Position numbers and translations under genes: made by a program. 64,000 nucleotides of DNA from assembly GCA_002269645.1 (NCBI GenBank), contig NIVC01001182.1, positions 62,001 to 126,000 on the forward strand, in the 5' to 3' direction. The notes beneath the pieces were generated by a model. That model had not been told where the DNA came from, did no database searches, and saw only the letters and a program-made list of their open reading frames with translations. Each line of letters opens with the position of its first letter. The first letter of the stretch is position 1. Positions 1 through 12,499 of the stretch are shown here, piece after piece. The stretch comes from Macrostomum lignano. Lineage: Eukaryota.

Positions 1-200
1 TCACGGGTGTATTTATGAGTGTGTTTATGATTGACTCCACGAGTGTGTTTATGATTGACTCCACGAGTGTGTTTATGATTGACTCCACGAGTGTGTTTAT
101 GATTGACTCCACGAGTGTGTTTATGAGCGAGTTCACGGGTGTATTTATGAGTATGTTTATGATTGACTTCACGAGTGAGTTTTTGGGTATCATGGCTACT
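1..200. repeat. 24-bp minisatellite (GAGTGTGTTTATGATTGACTCCAC)
   Basis: Direct tandem copies; the ORF repeats MIDSTSVF. Confidence 0.9.
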
Positions 201-809
201 GTGTCTATGAGTGAGTGAGATTATAAACTAGATTCTCAGTAGCTATGCTAGCTTTAAAAATATCTGCATAATTTAGAATTTTTCTGCAGCGCAGCTCGCA
301 GCAAGCGCAAGCAATCTAAATTTGTTCGGAGTATTTCTAGCGCTTCGCCCTGCTCAATGCTTGTGAGCGGCACTTCCAGCCAAATGCAAACAGAACTAAT
401 ACACTATATGAGGCTAAAAATAGGCTAAGCGCACCAGCTTCTACCGCCAGCCACATCTGCATGCCCGCACCCCAAGTTTTTATGTTAGTTGCCTTCCTCT
501 CTCTCAGCGCGAAGTCAGAGGCCCTGGTTTCTAAGAAATGGACCTCCAGGCTAGCAGGCAGACAATCTAAATATGGCTAATATTAGAATTCATCAAAATT
601 CCAAGCTGAGAATGGAGCAGACTAGACGGTGTGGGGGGGGGAGGAAATTCTTCTACGAGCTAGAATTTCGAGATTAGTAAAGCTTCAGGATTGGGGAAGT
701 CGAGCTGAGAAAACTCTTTTAGATTCGGCCCGCAGGCCAGCCATGAAATTGACGGCAATTTGTCAGAGTTCTTCAATTTTTGCATGAAAATATTATTTGT
801 CCAGAGGCG

Positions 810-1755
810 GTGGGAGGGAGAGGGAGAGAAAATAGAGTGAGAGAGAAAGGAGAAGGGAGAGAAAAGAGAGGGAGAGAGAGGGAGAGAAGGAGAAAGAGAG
901 GGAGAGAGAGGGGGGGAGAGGGAGAGAGAGGGGAGAGAAGGAGAAAGAGAGGGGAGAGAGAGGGGGGGAGAGGGAGAGAGAGAAGGGAGAGGGAGAGGGA
1001 AGAGAAGAGAGTGAGAGAGAGAAGGGAGAGGGAGAGAGAAGGGAGAGAGAGAGAGAGAAGGGAGAGAGAGAGAGAAGGGAGAGGGAGAGAGAGAGAGAAG
1101 GGAGAGGGAGAGAGAGAGAGAGAAAGAAGGAGTGAGAGAGAAGGGAGAAGGAGTGAGAGAGAAGGGAGTGAGAGAGAGAAGGGAAAGGGAGAGAGAAGGG
1201 AGAGGGAAAGGGAAGAGAGAGAGAGAGAAGGGAGAGGGAGAGAGAGAGAGAAGGGAGAAGGAGTGAGAGGGAAGAGAGTGAGAGAGAGAAGGCAGAGGGA
1301 GAGAGAAGGGAGAGGGAGAGAGAAGAGAATGAGAGAGAGAAGGGAGAGGGAGAGAGAAGGGAGAGGGAGAGAGAAGGGAGAGGGAGAGAGAAGGGAGAGG
1401 GAGAGAGAAGGGAGAGGGAGAGAGAGAGAGAGAGAAGGGAGAAGGAGTGAGAGGGAAGGGAGTGAGAGAGAGAAGGCAGAGGGAGAGAGAAGGGAGAGGG
1501 AGAGAGAAGAGAATGAGAGAGAGAAGGGAGAGGGAGAGAGAAGGGAGAGGGAGAGAGAAGGGAGAGGGAGAGAGAAGGGAGAGGGAGAGAGAAGGGAGAG
1601 GGAGAGAGAAGGGAGAGGGAGAGAGAAGGGAGAGGGAGAGAGAGAGAGAGAAGGAAGAAGGAGTGAGAGAGAAGGGAGTGAGAGAGAAGGGAGTGAGAGA
1701 GAGAAGGGAGAGGGAGAGAGAGAGAGAAGGGAGAAAGAAGGGAGAGGAGAGGGAG
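810..1755. repeat. Polypurine GA-rich low-complexity array
   Basis: GAGAGAGAAGGGAGAGG-type units; almost purely A/G. Confidence 0.95.
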
Positions 1756-2444
1756 AACAGAAAGCAATAATGCTAAGCCGGTGTGGGCTGTGGACATGAG
1801 GGTCAGATGAGAAGCGATGGTCTGGGAGAAGGCCAGACACAGACGCAGTGTGCAATCAAAGGATTCATGCTGGACAGAGAGCAGCTCTCCGCTACATGTG
1901 TGCAGCCATTCGAGCAGCAATAAGACAGGCCGGGCTTTTGACAAGATCAGCACAAAATGTGGAAATATGGATGGGATGGAGCCGGGGAGTCTGCATATGG
2001 TTTTGCATGATTTTTATCGGTTGAGCCGTGCCTTCCACAAACTCACGCCAAGCTCTCTCCCGCGAGCAGAGTTTTAGCGAGTTTTGCCAGCAATTTTGAG
2101 CTCAGATCCTTCTTGACTATGATAGGAATATTCGGTCACTGGTTGCTGGGGGGTGGGGGTTGTGCAGCTTCACTGCCAGACTAGCATTCACCCAATCCAT
2201 CTTCTCGCTCCCCTACCCACTCATCAATTATGCCTAGCGGTCGCGAAGCCACTGGCCGCTAAGCTCGAAGAAAGTCTGCGGACTTCGAAGCATAGCAACT
2301 CAACTTTGAAATCTTAGAGACTTTGAGACTTGTATGGCTTTGATACTTTCTGAACGGAGTTATGAGTTTTCCTGCACTGTCACCTGATGCCACTTGCTAC
2401 TGAAGTATGAATAGCTGTAGAGGGCAGATTCGCAGTCTTTCACG

Positions 2445-2895
2445 CTCCCTTAAACTCCGCTCTCTCCCACTGACTCCCCCTTAAACTCCGCTCTCTCCCA
2501 CTGACTCCCCCTTAAACTCCGCTCTCTCCCACTGACTCCCCCTTAAACTCCGCTCTCTCCCACTGACTCCCCCTTAAACTCCGCTCTCTCCCACTGACTC
2601 CCCCTTAAACTCCGCTCTCTCCCACTGACTCTCCCTTAAACTCCACTCTCTCCCACTGACTCCCCCTTAAACTCCGCTCTCTCCCACTGACTCCCCCTTA
2701 AACTCCGCTCTCTCCCACTGACTCCCCCTTAAACTCCGCTCTCTCCCACTGACTCTCCCTTAAACTCCACTCTCTCCCACTGACTCCCCCTTAAACTCCG
2801 CTCTCTCATCTGACTCTCCCCTCCCTTAAACTCCGCTCTCTCCGAGTGACTCCCCCTCCTTTGAACTCCGCTCTCTCCCTCTGACTCTCCCCTCA
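2445..2895. repeat. 31-bp minisatellite (TAAACTCCGCTCTCTCCCACTGACTCCCCCT)
   Basis: About 14 near-identical tandem copies. Confidence 0.95.
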
Positions 2896-3204
2896 ATTAA
2901 ATCCTCATTTTAGTCAATCCTCATTATGGGGAATTGCTAAGATGTCGAAAGTTCTAAAGGAAAATTGCTGAAATGCTGTGAGTTGGTCGGCATGGTTAGG
3001 GTTAGGTTTATAGATGGGATTAGGGGTTTCAATATCTTTAAAATTTCAATATTCCTACTAGCAAGTAGCATTGTATGAATGTGAATGGAAAATTCACAGT
3101 TGTCAATATTTATGCAGCAACACGACCAGCTGACGATGATAGAATTTCTCGAGTTTATAAACATTAGAGATAGTATAGTGAAACGTAACGCAAATGAGAA
3201 TCAC

Positions 3205-4170
3205 ATTGCATGAGATCCAGTGATATGAGATCCAGTGATATGAGATCCAGTGATATGAGATCCAGTGATATGAGATCCAGTGATTTGAGATCCAGTGATT
3301 TGAGATCCAGTGATTTGAGATCCAGTGATTTGAGATCCAGTGATTTGAGATCCAGTGATTTGAGATCCAGTGATTTGAGATCCAGTGATTTGAGATCCAG
3401 TGATTTGAGATCCATTGATATGAGATCCAGTGATATGAGATCCATTGATATGAGATCCAGTGATATGAGATCCATTGATATGAGATCCAGTGATATGAGA
3501 GCCAGTGATATGAGAAACAGTGATATGAGATCCAGTGATATGAGATCCAGTGATTTGAGAGCCAGTGATATGAGAAACAGTGATATGAGATCCATTGATA
3601 TGAGATCCAGTGATATGAGAAACAGTGATATGAGATCCAGTGATTCATGAGATGCAGAGATCCATGAGATCCAGTCATCTATGAGATCCAGTCATCTATG
3701 AGATCCAGTGATCCATGAGATCCAGTGATCCATGAGATCCAGTGATCCATGAGATCCAGTGACCATGAGATCCAGTGATCCATGAGATCCAGTGATCTAT
3801 GAGAGCCAGTGATATGAGATCCAGTGATCCATGAGATCCAGTGATCCATGAGATCCAGTGATCCATGAGATCCAGTGATCCATGAGATCGAGTGATCCAT
3901 GAGATCCAGTGATCCATGAGATCGAGTGATCCATGAGATCCAGTGATCCATGAGATCCAGTGATCCATGAGATCCAGTGATCCATGAGATCGAGTGATCC
4001 ATGAGATCCAGTGATCCATGAGATCCAGTGATCCATGAGATCCAGTGATCTATGAGAGCCAGTGATATGAGATCCAGTGATCCATGTGATCCAGTGATCC
4101 ATGAGAGCCAGTGACATGAGAGCCAGTGATATGAATCCAGTGTTATGAGAATCAGTGATATGAGATCCAT
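3205..4170. repeat. Composite minisatellite: 15-bp TGAGATCCAGTGATA, then 17-bp TGAGATCCAGTGATCCA
   Basis: The period changes from 15 to 17 near 3650. Confidence 0.95.
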
Positions 4171-4906
4171 TGAGCAGTGATATTCGGTGAATTTGATTTT
4201 TAAGAAAGAGCTTAAATGTAACAAAAAATTGAATTTAAAAAGTGAAACTTTTACACAAAGAAAACAATTACTAATTTTTTGAGACTTACTGCTGCATCAT
4301 GGTGTGTGTCGGGTTGATGTCGGATTCCGATAAACTAAATTGTTAAAATTTTCAAGTTTTCAGTTTTTCTGTTGATTCCGCCATGCAATTTCCGGCAAAG
4401 CCGTCAGAACTGCAACAAGAGAGGAAAATAGAATAAAGAATGCGATCTTGCGAGCCTGAGTCCCCCTGTAATTAGCACGGGCACCCGAAGGGGGACGGAC
4501 GGAGCAGGAGCAGAAAATATAGAGATGAAGACTGGCTGACGGGAAGCTGCGACTGGTGGCGGCACAAACCGTGGGGAGCTGAGGGGTGAGAGCCGTGGGG
4601 GCATGATTTAATCACGGTGGGGGGACCCTAGCCCTATTCCCGCTTCCCTGCTGTTTTCTGGCATGGGCCTTCGTGTCCTGTCTGTCTCTCACGCGCTCCG
4701 CGCCTCATAAGCTTATTGCTGCTCCAGCAGCCCAAGAGAAGCAACAGCCCCCCCCCCAACACGGCTCGATCCTCCTCTCTCCTCGTCCGAGCAGCAGAAG
4801 TCTTCTTTCCTCGCTTCAAGAATTTTTTATCCTACCGACTCCTCGGCTGCTGCTGCATCCACGATTTTGGCCCTGTTTGAAGACTCAAAAAGCAAACAGC
4901 TCTTTG

Positions 4907-6335
4907 CTAGCTTCTTCTTTTGGAGTTCCTTTAAATCCTTAATCCCCTGCATGGCGTCATAAAAGCAAAGCAAAGCAGCTTGGATTTGTTGAACTAAAAA
5001 ATGCTTTTTCTCAGGACGTAGCCTAGGCGGGGGGGGGGCAGGGAGGCAACGGCCCCCTCCTCAATGCGCTGACAAAATCTGCATTTGGCGCCCCTGGTGC
5101 TGGCGCCCCTGGTGCTGGCGCCCCTGGTGCTGGCGCCCCTGGTGCTGGCGCCCCTGGTGCTGGCGCCCCTGGTGCTGGCGCCCCTGGTGCTGGCGCCCCT
5201 GCTGGTGCTGGCGCCCCTAGTGCTGGCGCCCCTGCTGGTGCTGGCGCCCCTAGTGCTGGCGCCCCTGGTGCTGGCGCCCCTGCTGGTGCTGGCGCCCCTG
5301 GTTACTTCAAAATTACTTCAAAAATACTATACTAGAATACTGAACAATCCACCCACACTATCTCGCAGTTTAATAATCAGAGTATAGCAGTTTCAAGCTT
5401 GATTAAATATTCATCATTTTTCTGCTTTGTTTAACTGCATGGCTAGCTTCTAGCTTCTTCTTTTGGAGTTCCTTTAAATCCTTAATCCCCTGCATGGCGT
5501 CATAAAAGCAAAGCAAAGCAGCTTGGATTTGTTGAACTAAAAAATGCTTTTTCTCAGGACGTAGCCTAGGCGGGGGGGGGGCAGGGAGGCAACGGCCCCC
5601 TCCTCAATGCGCTGACAAAATCTGCATTTGGCGCCCCTGGTGCTGGCGCCCCTGGTGCTGGCGCCCCTGGTGCTGGCGCCCCTGGTGCTGGCGCCCCTGG
5701 TGCTGGCGCCCCTGGTGCTGGCGCCCCTGGTGCTGGCGCCCCTGGTGCTGGCGCCCCTGGTGCTGGCGCCCCTGGTGCTGGCGCCCCTGGTGCTGGCGCC
5801 CCTGGTGCTGGCGCCCCTGGTGCTGGCGCCCCTGGTGCTGGCGCCCCTGGTGCTGGCGCCCCTGGTGCTGGCGCCCCTGGTGCTGGCGCCCCTGGTGCTG
5901 GCGCCCCTGGTGCTGGCGCCCCTGGTGCTGGCGCCCCTGGTGCTGGCGCCCCTGGTGCTGGCGCCCCTGGTGCTGGCGCCCCTGGTGCTGGCGCCCCTGG
6001 TGCTGGCGCCCCTGGTGCTGGCGCCCCTGGTGCTGGCGCCCCTGCTGGTGCTGGCGCCCCTAGTGCTGGCGCCCCTGGTGCTGGCGCCCCTGCTGGTGCT
6101 GGCGCCCCTAGTGCTGGCGCCCCTGCTGGTGCTGGCGCCCCTAGTGCTGGCGCCCCTGGTGCTGGCGCCCCTGCTGGTGCTGGCGCCCCTGGTTACTTCA
6201 AAATTACTTCAAAAATACTATACTAGAATACTGAACAATCCACCCACACTATCTCGCAGTTTAATAATCAGAGTATAGCAGTTTCAAGCTTGATTAAATA
6301 TTCATCATTTTTCTGCTTTGTTTAACTGCATGGCT
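4907..6335. repeat. Tandem duplication of a ~540-bp unit containing a 15-bp GGCGCCCCTGGTGCT array of different length in each copy
   Basis: Unique flanks are repeated (4907-5086 vs 5450-5629; 5302-5444 vs 6193-6335). Arrays at 5087-5301 and 5630-6192. Confidence 0.93.
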
Positions 6336-7340
6336 CTGTATAATGCATAGCTTTATGCTTGAGTGTTACGCTCCTAATTACTTCGAGCTCTTGCTGCTGT
6401 AACCGTATAATACAATATTCTCACCCGCTGCAGATACGTGTGTACGAGGCTTTCGTGCGCTAATCCAGGCTCGCAGCAATAACAACTCGCTACATTGCAT
6501 GCGTATATAGCGACCCGTAAAAGTACATCTGTCTCCCGAAGGAATATCCATCACCAACGCCTTGCAAATTGCCTTTCACTCTGTCTCATTCTTCAATCTT
6601 ATGTATTTATTCTGAGCAGCTTCCTAATTTCAATTTTCAGCAGGACAAGCGGAAAAAAACTATAGTTTTGAAAAAGACGTCTCACGCTGCATTTTGCACT
6701 TTTAATAACTGAGCTTTTGCATGACGACCGAAACCCCTCACAGATGATCGTTCGATGCTGAACAAATCTAAATATTTTAATTAATTTTCTTGCTTGCCCT
6801 GCCCACGAAACTGAAGTGAAAATTTTTCTCTCGCGATCAACGCGTTTTCTTGACGCGTACGTTTTAGTCTGAGATATAAAGACAGATGGGGTTCACCATA
6901 GTCTGCAAATTAATTATTTGTCTCGCTCTCGCCTTTAGGAAAAAAACGAGTAACAATATTATTTTTATACATGTATTTTTCACCGAAAACATTACTTAAC
7001 TTACTGAAATTTACATGTATGTATAGTATGTAATTGCAGTACATATATTGTACGTGTACATATAATAATTTGTTCTGCGCAATTTATCCGGTAGGTGATC
7101 ATTATCGATCGTCCTGCTGGCTAGAAATCTTTCCCAAGTAAGGCATGAAAATATAATCATAGTGGTAATCGTCAAGAATATTAAATTTATCCTAGAATAT
7201 GTATTTAAAACTCTGCGTTAGAAGTGTATATGTAGCTATGTGCATTATGCCCACGCCAGTTATATAAAAATATAAAAAACTCATTGCAAACGCTTTTGAA
7301 GCTGGAGGATATAAGGACTACTACTGAAATAACATATATA

Positions 7341-7974
7341 CACTCAGCAACATTTAAAACGCAACACTCTAACTAGAAGAAAAATCAACTCACTCAGAAG
7401 AGTCAAAGCGCATAGTCTATGGTTCAAATCTAGCTTCAGAAACGCGTGTAGCTTCCTCTCGCAAGTAACAGGGCGATGACTATGGACTGTTTTCAGATAG
7501 AGTGATCCAGCTGAGAGAATGGTTCAACAGATGACAGACGCGGAAAGATGGCGAGCAGTCGGAATGTTGGAAGCAGGTTGTACTCTTCGAACAACAGCTG
7601 TTGTACTGCGAAGTTGGTGAAGCACCGTACCTTTTCTCGCGTGAGCCACGCTTCCAGTGGCTCTGCTCTTCTATAGCAGACGTAAAACTGTTGAAGGCGA
7701 CCTCCCGAAGTGGTTTGCAACTGTTCGAAGAGTACAACCTGCTTCCAACATTCCGACTGCTCGCCATCTTTCCGCGTCTGTCATCTGTTGAACCATTCTC
7801 TCAGCTGGATCACTCTATCTGAAAACAGTCCATAGTCATCGCCCTGTTACTTGCGAGAGGAAGCTACACGCGTTTCTGAAGCTAGATTTGAACCATAGAC
7901 TATGCGCTTTGACTCTTCTGAGTGAGTTGATTTTTCTTCTAGTTAGAGTGTTGCGTTTTAAATGTTGCTGAGTG
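7341..7974 (-). mobile_element. Non-autonomous Tc1/mariner foldback element with 253-bp perfect inverted arms and TA target duplication
   Basis: 7341-7593 is the exact reverse complement of 7722-7974. TA flanks both ends (7339-40, 7975-76). 128-bp spacer. Confidence 0.92.
7594..7796 (-). pseudogene. Truncated Tc1 transposase N-terminal HTH with a premature stop
   Basis: ATG at 7796 (minus) reads MVQQMTDAERWRAVGMLEAGCTLRTVANHFGRSPSTVLRLL*KSRATGSV, matching the Tc1 paired-like HTH pattern. The stop is at 7671-7673. Confidence 0.8.
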
Positions 7975-7994
7975 TATATATAAGGCTACACTCA

Positions 7995-8330
7995 AAATCT
8001 ATGGTAAAATGTTTTGAAGGCAACAATTTTCGCCGAAAAATACACTATAGAGATTAGGAGGTTTTAATTTTTTCAGCACAAATATTGTTATTGCTTTCGA
8101 TAGAGAAAGACCCAATCTTCATATTTTGATATGTTGTGCCTTTCTTATTGCTCTATCCATATTCATAAAGCTTTTCGTTCAGAAATAGTTTTAAAGGCAG
8201 GTTTCAACGGAAAAATACACTACTGAGATAGAAAACTATTTTCAACACTAAAACAGTGATTGAGTCTCTTAACAGTGTCAGAGAAAGTTCTAATCACACT
8301 ATTTTGTGCCTCACATGCTGCTCTAACGAC
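7995..8330 (+). repeat. Two diverged ~185-bp units related to the arms of the 10211-10940 palindrome
   Basis: 8083-8185 ATTGTTATTGCTTTCGATAG...ATAAAGCTTTTCGTTCA aligns with 10344-10445. TTTTRAAGGCA...AAAAATACACTA recurs at ~8012 and ~8190. Confidence 0.6.
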
Positions 8331-8699
8331 GCATTAATCGATTTTTCATGTTAAATTGGTCTGTCACTTGAAATAAAAGTTTAAAATAATAACGTCTAAA
8401 ACTTGTTCAAGAGGCTTCTTATCTGCATCTGCATCGACTGTATGGGTAATTCTAAAAAATCCTATTTGATTTTACAAAGCACGACCTTAAACATTTCTTA
8501 AAAGTTTCAAGCCCTTTTTACCTCCTTTAAACAAAAAATATAATCTTTGTACAGAAGTGTTTGCTTGAAACGCCTAGTCACTCTTATAAGTAAATAAAAA
8601 AACTAAAATTCCAGAATTTTATTTACAGTCAAATAAATGTAATAGCTTTAGGCGGCATTTTAAGTTCAACTTTTCATCGAAAATCTCGTCGGTTATCAT

Positions 8700-8915
8700 C
8701 AGCCAATGCAGGATGTCGGAGTCTACAGTGCTAGTTAATTAATTCGTATTTATATGCTTGAAATTTTACTCTGGTGATTTATCTTTGTTGAAAATTTAAG
8801 GGTTAATAAATAGGCCTAAAAAATAGGCCCCGCCCTGCCCCTACTACACAGTAAGACGACAGTAGGACTTACTAGTAGAGTAACACGACCGAGCCAGTGT
8901 TGAGCACCAATAATG
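8700..8915 (+). promoter_or_regulatory. Candidate RRP5 promoter (CCAAT and GC box) at the edge of the CpG-depleted zone
   Basis: AGCCAATGC near 8701, GGCCCCGCCC near 8826 and CCAAT near 8907. CpG content collapses just downstream. Motif-only evidence. Confidence 0.25.
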
Positions 8916-10210
8916 AAAATCTTCTAAACTTCCATTAATGGCAAAAGCATTAGTATACCATAAAAATCTTAACTTGTTAATGTTAACTCTATTTTTTAGT
9001 AGGCCCAGGCCTAGGCCCTAGCCCTATTAAGCTGACTGATATTAATGAGTTAACTGATTAGTGATTATTGTTAGTAGGCCTAAGTGTCGTGAATAAATTT
9101 TAGTCCATTAACGTTAATATAGAAAATACAGGAATTTTGCACTTCAAAGCAGACTTTAAAATGCATTGTCTGCTTTTTTATCTTTTTAGCTGACACAGAT
9201 AAGAGATAAGTAATTCAAGAATTTATACACTAAAAATAACAAACAAATAATAGGTAAAAAGGATGCCTACTTTTATGTGAAACATTACTAGGCCTACTAT
9301 AAGTAAAAGAAGCAAGTAACTTGAAACTTTAAAGCTTATTAATTGATAAAATATAAATAGCATAGGCCTAGCAAGGTTGTTTAAGCACTAGCAGTGCAAG
9401 GCAGGAGAGGTAGCAGAATGTTGCTATAGTAAAAATAGGAAAGAAGTGAATCAAAGTGATGCCACCAATGTTCATATGCAAGCAATAAAATTTAAAGCTT
9501 ATTAAAGCCTATTGGCAGTATTGCAAAAAGTCTTAATTAATTTATCAATAATACTAAAAACAATGCCTAGTTGCCCAGACTAGAAGTCTAGATTATTGCT
9601 TATTTATAGATTTATACTTTTTGAAAACTAGTGCCAAACACTGGAATGAGCCTATATTTTTTAGCCAAACTTAAATTAAGTAATATAAATAAAAATTTTA
9701 GGATAGGCATAAATAATTTATTATTAAGTACCATTGAACTTATCAATATCTAATTTGTCAACTCTGCTAAAAAATTCAGTTCACCTTATCATGCACTATT
9801 GACAAATTCAGTTACCTGACATTATGTTTGCTATTTACTAGTATATTTATTATACACTAAAACTTGAAAGGCAAAGCCTATTGAAAAGATATGAATACAT
9901 TTAAGATAACAAAGGAGAATGGTTTTTTGAAATAATTTTTACAAGCTATTAATAGGCCTACCTGTGGATTTTAAACCTATTGCATTCCAATAAATTTCCA
10001 GAACTATTTTTGTACATATTTTGAAATTTGAAGTTCAAAAACTTGGTAATGGTTAAGATCAACAAAACTTATAAATTAAATTTGAATTAAAGTGACCTAC
10101 TCGTACTTCACTCAAAAGATGCAATAAAGTATAATAAGGCATATATAGCTGATAGCATACAAGCTGTTATACCCTGATAGACTCTTGATATAATTGTATC
10201 TGGATATTCA

Positions 10211-10940
10211 ACTATATATAATATGGTATTCAAGGATGACTTAAATAGAAGGACAGGAAACCTTGTTTCTTAGAAAATTTTTGAAGGTAGGCTTTTCCAA
10301 AAATATACTTTAGAGATAGAAATTTTCTTTTTATAAGATAAAATTGTTATTGCTTTTGATAGGAAGCAGATCCAGTGTTCATCTTTTGGTATATTGTGCC
10401 TCTCTTATTGTTCTATTGATATTTATAAAGCTTTTCATTCAAAGAATTTTGATTTTATGTTAATTTTTATTCTATATATATTTGCATGTATCTTATGTCC
10501 AAAAACCATTAAAGTGGCATGGCTCAGCTTTTTGGTTTTATGAGTCTAATTTTATCATTCTTAGCTGACTGTGTAACAAATAATTGTAACAGAGATGATA
10601 AAATAGATTTATAAAACTAAAGATTGGAGCTATGCCATGTATTTTTATGATTGTTAGGTACAGGAAATGTATGTAAAAAAAAAATTAACATAGAATCCTA
10701 ATTCTTTGAACAAAAAGCTTTATGAATATCAATAGAGCAATAAGAAAGGCACAACATATCAAAAGATGAACACTGGATCTGTGTCCTATCAAAAGCAATA
10801 ACAATTTTTATCTTGAAAAATGAAAAATTCCTATCTCCAAAGTATGGAAAAGCCTGCCTTCAAAAATTTTCTAAGAAGCAAGGTTTCCTGTCCTACTTAA
10901 GTCGTCCTTGGTGGTATTATATACATAGTATCAATTGCCT
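10211..10940. mobile_element. Old diverged AT-rich foldback/MITE-like palindrome
   Basis: Left arm CAAGGATGACTT...GGACAGGAAACCTTG (from 10231) pairs with the right arm ending at 10910; centre near 10580; many mismatches. A related single copy lies at about 8000-8330. Confidence 0.75.
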
Positions 10941-12499
10941 AATTTGTTAAATTTTGAGTTATGTAGGCACAATAGCATTTAGAATGTGTATTCATGAAGT
11001 CATGTTGAAGTATTTGGCAATATTTTGCTCATTGAATTATAGAAACTTATGTTATTATGTTAAAAAATATGACTTTAGGTAAATTTGTCTTGTTGTTAGC
11101 AAATTTGCTTAGGTCATTTTAACTGTTGATGAATTTGATTTTCTCAAATTTCTTTAACTTTAGGTCTATTGACAAATCAGATATTGATGAATTCAGTGTA
11201 ACCCTTGCTATTCGCTATATTTTAACTTTTTAATTACAATATAATATGTTATCTAGTGTTAATTAATTGCTATAAAAATTAGACCTATATTAATTATAAA
11301 TAAGAAGTATTACTTAATTAGAAGGTGACATAGCATGCACCAAAAAAACTTTTGGGGGACTATTTCTGTTACTTTAGTGCAATCTATGTCTGTGCACTGT
11401 TTCTCTAAGTATATCCTAACCCAAAAAAAATATAATAACATGTAGTGAATAAGAGACAAGCAGTCAGGTTTAGTCCAAAAAACAAATTCAAACCTTCATC
11501 TAAAGGGTAGAGTTACTTTTATATTTAATCCTGAATGCTTCTACATATATAATCAAAGTGCGCATATATATTGTATTCCTTTATCTCCCAATCACTAACT
11601 AGCAGAATAAACCAGTGAGTATACTCACTTTATAGTATTCACCTTCTTCTTCAATAGTCACTAGTTCCCCTCAGCTGACAATCAATGCATCACAACTTGG
11701 CCATACCACAACAAGGGTGCCTATAGTTAGGTAGTCACAGTATGCAACTTTATTGATATTTGGACTAATAGAATTTAGTTTTGTCCAATGACATATTTTT
11801 GGTATTATTTGATATTCAAATAAATTGTCTTAAAAGAAATATATGTATACTTAATATATCAAATGTTGATTTTATGCTTTCAATGTCTTTAAATACTCAA
11901 ATTATTGTGGCTTATATTTAGTCTGAAGTTACTTAAAATGCATTATTAGTATGTGAAATGACTATTTGACAAAGTTTTGTTAATTTTTCTCTTAGCCGAT
12001 AAATTATTTTTGCTAGCTATGGTATTTAGACATAATGGGTTCATCTAAAATGGTATATCTTAAAATCTAGACTAAAGTACTTACAAAGCTATACTTAAAA
12101 TATAAGGCCTAATCTAGTTGAAAATTTAGGCCTTTATACAAAATTGTCAAAACATTTTCTAATTATAAAATCATCCTAAAATATAGCTATTAATAAAACA
12201 TAAAGTGTATTATCTACATGCAAAAAACCCAAGAGACATAGAAGAAGACAAAAGTACATATAATTATATCTTATTGTTTTGCCACTATTAGAATTTAGAT
12301 AATTTAGCAAATCTAAAAAATTATCTCACTAATTAATTTGATTTGTCAGTTGGTAAATTGAGATCAGAATCAAAATTTGATCCATGATTGCCCATATTCT
12401 TTTTAACCTCTGACAATTAAGAAGATTGTTTCTGACCCAAACTCCAATTCTTTTGAGTCTGAGTATACCATTAAATATTAAATAACAATTTATGCCATC

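Noticed and set aside
773-1953. Arg/Glu-rich and Ser/Leu/Pro-rich 340-390 aa ORFs
   Set aside because: Artefacts of a GA tract that lacks stop codons.
1950-2100. Minus-strand peptides RERAWREFVEG and LPGSIPSIF reminiscent of a THAP domain
   Set aside because: They lie in different frames, the C2CH residues are missing, and there is no continuous ORF.
4404-4942. Short GC-rich ORFs (61-89 aa) on both strands
   Set aside because: No recognisable domain or consistent splice partners. It may be the promoter or UTR of a gene outside the window, but this cannot be supported.
5085-6278. (APLVL)n ORFs resembling membrane or structural proteins
   Set aside because: They start at TTG and come from a 15-bp stop-free repeat. 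No domain or splice support.
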